64,000 nt of DNA from Malacoraja senta (Eukaryota), in NCBI GenBank assembly GCA_038087875.1, contig CM075998.1, forward strand, positions 3,970,001 through 4,034,000, written 5' to 3'. Position 1 is the stretch's first letter. The number at the start of each line of letters is the position of its first letter. The translations under genes and the position numbers were made by a program. A model generated the notes under the pieces. The model worked only from the letters and a program-made list of their open reading frames with translations, did no database searches and was not told the origin of the DNA. Shown in pieces: positions 38,816-48,362 of this stretch.

Positions 38816-38941
38816 TCTTCTTGCGTATGGCGTGCACAGCCTAAAGTTGTAGGTCAACTTGTTCTATTTGTTCGTGCACGTCGGGTTGATTGCATGTGTG
38901 GAAACAGGGTGGACCACGTGAAGGTTGCAATCTCCCACCCC
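38816..38941 (-). mobile_element. Short retroposon with 5' HDV-like ribozyme and (AAG)n tail, copy 1
   Basis: Inserted in the Tc1 right TIR with 12-bp TSD ATGGAGGGCACT (38804-38815, 38942-38953); 3' end ...GGCTGTGCACGCCATACGCAAGAAGA. Confidence 0.9.
38888..38941 (-). ncRNA. Minimal HDV-like ribozyme motif, copy 1
   Basis: GGGGUGG GA GAUUGCA ACC UUCACGU GGU CCACCCU GU UUCC A C ACA UGCAAUC: P1, P2 and P3 fully paired, G1-U wobble, catalytic C present, J4/2 mutated (CACA instead of CGAA). Confidence 0.8.
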
Positions 38942-39617
38942 ATGGAGGGCACTGAACATGCTCTTGTTCCACAATGCACTGAGAAATGCTAGGTTGACCT
39001 CAATTAACTCTAGGAGGCCTCTGCTGGTCAGTGCAGTGAGTGTAGGTCATTTCAAACCTGCAAGTGCAGACTGAGTAAGCTCCTGAGAGTGACCAATGTA
39101 ATTAAATGTGGGGAGATCATTCAAAGGAACTGCCAACCAATGACTAGGTTCTTGGCTTTGATTACTTTCAGTAGTTGAAGTAGGATTTCCCATTTTCTTT
39201 TCCTTGTGAGTTTGTCCAATGTTTTTCTATTGTTTGCCTTTTCTATGGTTGGGGGTCAAATGGAAGTGATGGTGTGCAGAAGTTATGCCATGTTGGTATA
39301 GGTCGCTTATGTGTATTTTGTCATCTTCAGCATCATTCTTTCCATTAACAAGCTAATAAAATGTTGAAGGTTTGTTATTCAGTATTGTGGGAAAATGTTT
39401 CCTTATCTGATTCTGACTGGGTTGCTGTTTGCTGCCATCCTGAGCTTTGATTAATGAAATATGTCAGATCTGGTCATTAGAACGTGGTCGTTTTTTGTTA
39501 TCAGTGGTGCGTTCCAATGAATTACCCTTTGCTTTATTTTTCACCCGTTCAGTTTAGTCTGACCACATTGAGAAATGGCAAATGTAAACTTAAAACCTTT
39601 GTCTCCTTTTCCTTCAG

Positions 39618-39688
39618 AATTAAACAAAATGATGCAAGTTGTGCTTGGAGTGAATGTGTGATTCACAAGCACTTTCAAGTAGGCAGCA
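39618..39688 (+). other. Candidate internal non-coding exon (71 nt)
   Basis: Acceptor CCTTTGTCTCCTTTTCCTTCAG| and donor GCA|GTGAGT in non-repeat DNA. Confidence 0.3.
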
Positions 39689-39885
39689 GTGAGTTCTGAG
39701 TGAATTTTGAATTGTTTTCACCCAATCCCTCGTAGCAGAAATCCTTAGCTCTTTGCCCAACTGGTGCCTGATTATGGACAATTTTACAAACTTTGATCAC
39801 TGTGATAGATAAAATTTACTATGGCAGATAGTATTTTTTGTTTTAAGGTTGTTTGAGTTTCTGGGAACGTATGATGGGGCAGCAT

Positions 39886-40192
39886 AAATATTGGAGGAAC
39901 AGCACCTCATATTTCACTTGGATAGTTTTCACCTCAGCGGTATGAACATTGACTTCTCTTAACTTCAGATAGCCCTTGCTTTCTCTCTCCATCCCCTTCC
40001 CCTTCCCAGTTCTCCCACTAGTCTTCCTGTCTCCGACTACATTCTATCCCGCCCCCTCCCCTGACATCAGTCTGAAGAAGTGTCTCGACCCGAAACGTCG
40101 CCCATTCCTTTTCTCCAGCGATGCTGTCTCACCCGCTGAGTTACTCCAACATTTTGTGTCTACCTTCGATTTAAACCAGCATCTGCAGTTTT
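39886..40192 (+). mobile_element. Penelope-like 3' fragment
   Basis: LEEQHLIFHLDSFHLSGMNIDFS, then terminal repeat with a hammerhead-like core at ~40070-40100. Confidence 0.85.
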
Positions 40193-40295
40193 GTCTAACT
40201 TGTGTTGCTTTTACTCAGAGAGAATGTGATAGGGCAGTGTAGAAGGAATTTTACTGTTCCTACCTGAGAAATCCCTTGCGAGAATCTCTAACTTA

Positions 40296-40919
40296 AAGGC
40301 CTGTCTCACGAGTCTGCGGTCATTGGCGGCGAAACAGGAAGAATCTACCGCTCCTGGGCTGCCATAGACCGCGCACTCGGTCAAACGCACAATTCCGGGG
40401 CCGTGCGGCGTTGTTCGCAACACCGCACGGTGCTAAAATAAAACCAACACTGTTCAAAAAACTTTTCCTACCGCACAGCCTTCGCCAGTGAGGCACGAGT
40501 GAGGCACGGCCGCCGCCACAGCCGCCGCCAGTGAGGCACGAGCGGCGTGCGTCGAACTTGCACCGCCACAGCCTCTGCCAGTGAGGCACGACCGCCGCCA
40601 CAGCCTCCGCCAGTGACGCACGACAGCCGCCACAGCCTCCGCCAGTGAGGCACGTGTGCGGCACGGCCGCCGCGATCAGGACGGCCGCCGCCACAGCCCT
40701 GCAGATCCAAAATGATGTCATCGCAGTCGGCCTGCCCTTTGTTTTTACTTACCGCAAGCTCGTGGGACCAGCCGTATTTAAATCTCTCGGCCCCCGCGCA
40801 GCACCCGTGCGGTGCTCCCGTGGCATAGGCTCGGCACTCTCGCCGTTGCCGTGCGGTCCCCTCTACCGGCGACGTCGCGCTTCACTGCCGATGACCGCAA
40901 CACCGTGAGACAGAGCCTT
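40296..40919. mobile_element. GC-rich TA-flanked MITE with internal tandem repeats
   Basis: TA|AAGGCCTGTCTCACG ... CGTGAGACAGAGCCTT|TA; about 5 degenerate copies of CCGCCACAGCCTCCGCCAGTGAGGCACG at 40470-40700. Confidence 0.7.
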
Positions 40920-42249
40920 TAGGCACAGGATGCGGAGGACAGCATCTCGAGCTGAAATTAGGTGAAATTTCCATATATAATCGGTTGTAAATTGTTGGGA
41001 TTTTATACCTCGAGGCTATGGTTGCTCAGTTGGGCATTTTAAGGCTGAAGTAATTTTTTTGGATATTAAGAAAACCGAGAGGATCTAGATATTGGGGGGC
41101 AAAGTGAGGTTGAGGTCTTACTAGATTGTGGAGCAGGCTCAAGGGTTGAATGGCATACTGACATTTGTTATGTTCAACTCTATGGTGTTTTGGCAAAATC
41201 CTTAAATCTCAACTGCATCGTCTCCAGAGCAATTGCAACCTTACAGCAAGGTGGGGACTGCATTTGTACAGGCTTCAGTTTTCATGTAGTTTTAGTGTGA
41301 CTTTCCTGCTCTGATATAGTATTTCTTGTCCGTTTTTTAAATTGTAAAAAAGCCCATGTTCTGTTTGCGTTCTTTAACCGCTTTATCCACCTGTCCTGCT
41401 GTTTTCAGGCATTTGTGAACATGAACATCCCTCTTCTCTGCACTTCTCAGTCTCCAGCCATTTATTTTGTATTCTCTCACCTAGTTTCCCTTCCCCAGAT
41501 ATATCCATTTACGCTTCTCTGGATTGAATTCCATTTGTCACTTGTCTGCCTGCCTAACAAGTCCATTGATATCTTCTGAAAATCATCTTCCTCACCGTCA
41601 ACCACTCTAACATTATCAGTATCAATTGCTTCCTTTTAAATCTGGTTTCCTACCTACAAGTCTGAACTATTGCTTTTTTTTTCACAAAAAGGAAGAATCT
41701 ACCACTGAACCTCTTGGACCTTTCCTGCAACTAAAACTTCCATTGAATATTATTACCCGTAAGTTTTTAGCCACTGAGCCTATTTTGGTTGTAACTTGCC
41801 ACTTTTCCTTGAGCTCCATGATCTTTTACTTTTGTGATCAATCTGCCTGGTTGGATTTTGTCAAATGCTTCTGATAATATACATAGACTACATCAGCACC
41901 CACAACAAACCTCCTGTGTTACTTCACCAAAAAGTTACGTAAAATTAGTCTGGCACAACTTCCCCGGACCAAATCTACGCCTACTTTCATTGATTAAATT
42001 GTGACATTTTAAATGATTTATTGTGTCCATCAGAGGTTTTGCCAGTAAACCTCTCCTTGCGTGATGCTCCTTGGCATTTTTAGCTCCTTGGGTTGTGAAA
42101 AATTTGCTGCTGTTGATATGGTCTTAAGTCATTTAATAAACTGCTGACCATTTGACATCCTGTGACTCTTTCCAGTATTTTCTGTTTTTGTTTACCTGTT
42201 GAGTAGAAACTACTGCTTTGGAGTTTTAAATTGTTGGCATATTCCTCTC

Positions 42250-42815
42250 GCTTGCAACAGGCATAGCTTGGACCCATGTGCCTTCCTATAGCTGTTGCTT
42301 TGACTTGAAAAAGTGAGTGGAGTTATAGGAGAAGTTGTTTTGCGTAAGAGCAAGTTCAGCCATGTGAAGGACAGAAGTAGTGGAAGGAGACGGGCTATCG
42401 TAATTGAGTCTCTCAACCAGGTCTCCTCGACATCCCTCATGCCTGCTCTTAATGGCCCCCTTCCCCTCCACCTCCTCCCAGCCTAACCAAAAGGTAGCGT
42501 TCTCCTTGTCATCACCTTCCATATCATCAGCCTCCACTTTAAAGGGGTCTACCTTGGTAATTGCCATCATCAGACATGTCTTCTCATACTAATTTCCTCT
42601 GCCAGCCCAGGAGGTACAACACTTATCCTTTTACCTCTTTCTTTCTCTCCTTCCTGGGATCAATCAGTTTTTTCCAGGGGAAGCAATGATTCACTTGTAC
42701 TACTTCCAATTTTGTGTAATTGCAATCTATGCTCATGTTGTGTCTACATAACTGCTCTACACTTGATTTATCCAATGTGTAGAGCAGTTCGGTTCAGGCT
42801 GTATGGGTGCCCCTG
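42250..42815. mobile_element. Old Penelope-like element with inverted segment (RT on minus, downstream/GIY-YIG region on plus)
   Basis: Minus 42250-42440: AELALTQNNFSYNSTHF...MGPSYAC; plus 42600-42750: decayed ...FTCTTSNFV... GIY-YIG-like region. Confidence 0.7.
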
Positions 42816-42818
42816 AGC

Positions 42819-43099
42819 TTTAGACTTTAGAGATACAGCAGGGAAACAGGCCCTTCGGCCCACCGAGTCCACGCCGACGAGCGATCACTGTACACTAACA
42901 CTATCCTACACACTACGAACAATTTAAAATGTTACCAAAGACAATTAAGCTACAAACCTGTACGTCTTTATCGTGTGGGAAGAAACCGGAGCACCTGGAG
43001 AAAACCCATGTGAACATAGACAGCACCTGCAGTCAGGATTGCACCTGGATTTCTGGCACTGTAAGGCAGCAACTCTACCGCTGTGCCACCGTGCTGCCC
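42819..43099 (-). mobile_element. HE1-type SINE
   Basis: Family match. Confidence 0.85.
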
Positions 43100-44466
43100 T
43101 AAACTAGTCACCTGTTGCTTTAATTTACCAACTTTCAATCTCCTGTTAATTTCTTAAAAGGTTGAAAACTTCAGTTATTTCTGCTTTAATCATAAATTAT
43201 ATTCAGTTATTCCTCCCAAAAATGTAGAAATGGATCTGTTAACAAAGAGAAAAGGAACTATATTAACATGTTGCCACTTCATAAGATGCTTTTGATGCTG
43301 CTGGTAACAGCTGAGTTTTATTTTAAGCATGGCTTTTGTATCTTTGTGGATGTAAATGTTCCATCTTAAATCGGAATTGAGATCGACTGCAACCCAATTA
43401 CAAATGGTTTTTTTCAGCTAACGGTCTCTCTGTTCCAGATTGTCTTTAAATATTTAATATGGCCATAACAGTTGTTGAATTCATCACCATGAAATAGGAA
43501 TTGTATTTCCACGAGTGAGGATGGTTGGAAATCCTGTGCTTCACCAAGTTGTGATTGAATTATGGTTTAAAAAAAAAAAGCCAAATTAAAAAGAAAATTG
43601 TTCAGTGGGGATTAATCAGCTTTCTATTTACAGCTATTAAATTGGCAACATCGTCCCTTGAAATATAATTAGAAAAGCTGTAAATCTGGGAAGTAGTACC
43701 TTAATTCCACCTATTTCAAGCGGTGTGATATTACTCATTTTGCCCCTGTTGCTGTGGCTGAGCCCCTCATGTATGCTTTTGTCATCTATAGTTGATGACT
43801 AATACAATGATCTGGATGGCTTTCTATCTTATATCTTCTGTGAATTTGAGCCTGTCCAAAACGGCTTTCCATATCCTGAAATTATTGGAAAATACAGAGG
43901 TGTGAGGTCTAAATTGGCAATAGTACCTCATGTTTCATAATTCTCAACAAATAAAGAAATAAAAATGCCATGAGAAAAATGCCTGAGGAGATTAAGGATG
44001 ATGTTAGATTGAAAGAAGAGGCTTGTACTGTTGCCAAAAGAGTAGTAAAAACTGACAATAGATCAAATTTTAGGAAGCGGCTACAAAATGACCAATAAAT
44101 AGATCGAGGGGAGAAGTTAGAATAGTTATAGAGTAATTTAACTAAAAATTACAAAAAACAACTTTTCTTAGCTGTTATGATTACATTAACAAGGATAGTA
44201 CATTGAGACTTAGGTCCCTGAGGTAAAGGCAGAAGGAATTCTAATGGGGCAGGGGGGAATAAAGAACACACTGGCAGTAAGCAAGTATTTTGTAAATCTT
44301 CACTCTAGAAGAAGCAATAATTGTAGCAGAAATAATTGAGCAGAAAGTGTCTAATGAAGAGAAGTACATAAAGTAATTAATATCACAAAAGAGAAAATAG
44401 AGTGAAAATTAAGGGGACTAAAAGCTGAAAAATCCCTTCCATCCTGTGGTTCTAGTCGATACATTA

Positions 44467-44607
44467 CTTCTTCTTTTTGTGTATGGCATGCACAGCCTAA
44501 AGTTGTAGGGCAACTTGTTCTATTTGATCTTATTTGATTGTGCACGCCAGGTTGATTGCATTCGTCGAAACAGGGCGGACCATGTGAAAGTTGCAATCTT
44601 CCACCCC
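44467..44607 (-). mobile_element. Short retroposon with 5' HDV-like ribozyme, copy 2
   Basis: Same 5' boundary (GGGGTGG) and (AAG)n tail as copy 1; TSD not clear. Confidence 0.9.
44554..44607 (-). ncRNA. Minimal HDV-like ribozyme motif, copy 2
   Basis: GGGGUGG AA GAUUGCA ACU UUCACAU GGU CCGCCCU GU UUCG A C GAA UGCAAUC: P1, P2 and P3 paired (with G-U wobbles), intact CGAA J4/2, L3 G mutated to A. Confidence 0.8.
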
Positions 44608-45397
44608 TATTTTTTGATCATCCAGAATCTCCACAGCTTCTAGAATAGCCTCAGTAGATTGGAAGGTAGCAAATGTAGCATTGATAATCAAGAAGGAAGG
44701 GAGAAAGAAAATATGGAATTTATAAATGTTAATCTTATGTTGGATGTCAACAAAATGCTAGGATTCAGTATTAAGGCCTGGCATTTAGATCATTTTATTT
44801 TGCTGAGTTTGTGGTTTTATGAAAATTAGATTGGTCAAAAACAATTTACTAGCATTTTTGAGTATCTTTTTTCGAGCAAAATAAGGGGAGGGACTAAATA
44901 AGGGGAGGGAATCTGGATGTATTTGATAAGGGTTTACGGGATTGTTGAGAACGTTGGCCTTGAAGGGCAGGAAAACAGTAGATGAGTTTCAGGTTGGCAA
45001 ACAGATGCAATTGAGATGTCACAAGGAACTATTTACAATTTGTATTCATCACTTGGAGTGGTTAATGCATCGAGTCCTCATTGGCTGGTGAAACAAAACT
45101 CGGTGAAGTGAGTTATGATGAGGATGCAAAGCGTCTGATGGGATGGAGACGGGTTAAACGGGTGGGGAAGCAATGTGGCAGGTGGAGTATGAAGTGGAAT
45201 GTATGGAGACAGTCGCCAATCGGAAGAGATGAAAAGCAAAATTATTTTAAATGGTAAGAAGCTAGTAAATGTTGATATGCAGTACAGCAAGCAAATATGT
45301 TGTCCTTTATTGCAGAGAGTCGGAGAACAATGATAAAGTTTTGTGGTAGAGTACAAGGCTTTGGTGAAACCACACCGAGAGTATTCTTTGCAGGTTA

Positions 45398-46195
45398 AAG
45401 GGCCTGTTCCACTTATGCGGCCTTTAAGGGCCTGTCCCACGAATACGACTTTTCAGCAAGTGTCTTGGACCTTCAAGCGCGAGGGCACTCGCCTGGAAAA
45501 CCTCGAGCTTATCTTGAAAACATCTTGAAAAAGACGTCGCGACCTAGCTGAGGCCTTGAGTACGCGGGGACTACTCTCGAGCATGAAGGAGGGTTACAAA
45601 GACCTCCTAGGACCTCGTGTCGACCATGCTGCGAGTACGAGTCGAGGGCAAACTCTTCTAAACTCGCGAATTAGGTCCCCGCAGTGGGACATGCCCTTTA
45701 AGGGGCTGTCCCACTGCGCCGACCTAATCTGTGAGTTTGCCCTAGACTCAAACTCGCAGCATGGTCGACACGTGGTCCTAGGAGGTCCCATGAGGTCACT
45801 GGAACTCTCCTTCATGCTCCTCGGCTAGGTCGTGGAAAATTCTTCAGCATGTTGAAAAATTTTCCGCGAGTAAAATTTGGTTGGCATGGTTCTTTTTAAC
45901 TCGTAATGCAGTGGGGTCGCTATGTAGTTACAGGCAGTCGAGGGCAGCCGTAGGCAATCTCCTTCACTGACCGGGCAATTTGATTGGCTCATTGGAGTTT
46001 TCAGGACCAAGGAAAACCGACCGGTAGGTAAAATGCCCACTAAACTTGATTATACTTCTTAAAAGTGTCTCCACTCCTTCTCTCCCCCGCTAAAGGACTT
46101 ACTGTACACTGTGCAGCTGTTTTTTACTTCTTCATCGCGGGTCTGAATTTCAGACAGAGCTCCCCCGCTTTCCCTGGCCCCTGCCGTGTGTGCGT

Positions 46196-46230
<35 letters not shown>

Positions 46231-46520
46231 TCTCTCTCCCTCTCCTCAAGCTTGAAGGTCACAGACACTCTTCTTAACTCGCGGATTAGGCCGCCGCAGT
46301 GGGAGAGCCCCTTTACAGGCGACTGCCGGCATCCGTGAGATGTCTTATATGGTCGTGACAGCTCACCCGCAACATGTCGCCTGTATGGTCGTGAGAGGTC
46401 TCCAAGGAGTCGTAGCCACTTTCTGGTCGCCGTTGAATTTTCAACATGTTGAAAATTTCGGCGAGCTATCACGGGTGCCGGCAGTCGCCTGTAAAGGTCG
46501 CGTAAGTGGGACAGGCCCTT
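45398..46520. mobile_element. Three nested/tandem TA-flanked MITEs
   Basis: Outer element's left TIR is split at TA 45425-26 by element B (45427-45698) and element C (45701-46313) and resumes at 46316. Confidence 0.8.
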
Positions 46521-47445
46521 TAGTCTCAAAGCCGAAGAAAGGACATTGTCTCGGTTGATTGATGGGGAGAGAGTGTTTTCCTATGTTGAGGATTTAGTTT
46601 AATTCACTGGAGTTTAGAAGAATAAAAGGTGACCTTATTGACATAACCAAGTTCAGGAAGAAGGCAAATAAGGTAGGTACTTGGGAAGCTTTAGAGCAGA
46701 ACAAGATGACTTTTTCTCAGGAAAATAGTTTGAACTGAGAGGAAAAAGTATGTATAAGATTGTAAGTTTTCAGAATACTTTACCCAGATGCTCTTGTTGA
46801 ATACAGTTTAGGCCGGGTGATAGATTTTTGGGCATTGTGGGCATTGTTGAATTTGCACGTGGGGATTAAGCAGGGAAATAGATGTGTAGATACAGTTCTG
46901 ATCTACTCTGATATTAAATCATCAAATATTGCATCTCAAATAATCATTGCAGCTGTAGGATGTGGAGACAATGTAACTTATGAAGTCCAGAGCACAAACT
47001 AACAAAGGGGGTTGAAGTGAACCCGGTTACTGGATTATAACACAGGTAGAATGTTGTTCGATCATCACAGTACTCCTGCTCCAGCATTAATTACTAGTGG
47101 ACCTTTCAAAGATTTCATTGATCTATCATAATGCACGATAACAAGTTTGCCATTTCAGTCTTTTGCAAAAAAAAGAGAACTGTCATTCTAACAAATTGAA
47201 CATTATCAATCGACATCATTTGAAAAGGAATAAAAAGCTCAGGGAGCCTAATATTACTGAATTGAATTCAATTTCTTCAGTGTCTAATTTGATTCTCGGC
47301 TGCATGAGAGCCTCCTTAACCCAGGCCCCTGGTTTTTGGCTTGAGACTTGGTTGATTGCTATTTGCAGTTACCGGTCAGGTCGGGGGGAGTTCTCCCCGC
47401 CACGGGTACCATGTAATCCCGAGCTAACTGCTCCCTGGTCGGATA

Positions 47446-48024
47446 GAAACATAGAAAATAGGTGCAGGAGTAGGCCGTTCGGCCCTTCGAGCCTGCACCG
47501 CCAATCAATATGATCATGGCTGATCATCCAACTCGGTATCCTGTACCTGCCTTCTCTCCATACCCCCTGATCCCTTTAGCCACAAGGGCCACATCTAACT
47601 CCCTCTTAAATATAGCCAATGAACTGGCCTCAACTACCTTCTGTGGCTGAGAATTCCACAGATTCACCACTCTGTGTGGAATTTTTTTTTCTCATCTAGG
47701 TCCAAAAAGACTTCCCCCTTATCCTTAAACTGTGACCCCTTGTTCTGGACTTCCCCAACATCGGGACCAATCTTCCTGCATCTAGCCTGTCCAACCCCTT
47801 AAGAATTTTGTAAGTTTCTATAAGATCCCCCCCCCCCCCCTCAATCTCCTAAATTCTAGCGAGTACAAGCCGAGTCTATCCAGTCTTTCTTCATGTGAAA
47901 GTCCTGACATCCCAGGAATCAGTCTGGTGAACCTTCTCTGTACTCCCTCTATGGCAAGAATGTCTTTCCTCAGATTAGGAGACCAAAACTGTACGCAAAG
48001 GTGTGGTCTCACCAAGACCCTGTA
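47446..48024 (-). mobile_element. CR1 3' fragment
   Basis: [36 protein letters not shown]...; CR1 tail. Confidence 0.9.
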
Positions 48025-48187
48025 CGATAGTCGGCGACTAAACCGTCTCCCCCACCTGGTTTGCCAGCAGGACCAAAAACAAGACCTGTCAAAGGGCGGA
48101 TGAGCTTCTAGCGAGCCAACGGCCATCCACACTTCGGTAGAAGTTGCGATCACTGTCGTACATAGCGTTGTAAGGAATGATGATAAA

Positions 48188-48230
<43 letters not shown>

Positions 48231-48362
48231 AAAATCCTATACTTCCAGCGGCGGAAGTCCGCAGGAACTGGAGGACACAGATGTGTGGTGCGTCCGTCAC
48301 CGTTCCCGTCGGAAACCAGCACCACTGCGTCGCTAATGTTTTCAACGATGATGATGATGATG
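48025..48362 (+). mobile_element. CpG-rich short retroposon-like element with internal (CA)n and (GAT)n tail
   Basis: Undecayed CpGs in an AT-rich context; ends TTTTCAACGATGATGATGATGATG. Family not identified. Confidence 0.45.

Larger units (their letters stand above)
37095..38954 (-). mobile_element. Tc1/mariner DNA transposon with long IR/DR-type TIRs, decayed
   Basis: TA|CAATGCCCTCCATAATGTTTGGGACAAAGACCCATC ... GATGGGTCTTTGTCCCAAACATTATGGAGGGCACT[insert]G; inner direct repeats at ~37391 and ~38590. Confidence 0.95.
43850..45394 (+). mobile_element. Old decayed CR1 ORF2 fragment
   Basis: Degraded motifs (LKAEKS, DWKVANV, YKALVKPHREY); hosts the insert at 44467. Confidence 0.7.

Noticed and set aside
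40296..40919. Second CpG-island promoter or repetitive ORF
   Set aside because: Bounded by TIRs of the MITE family seen elsewhere in the window.
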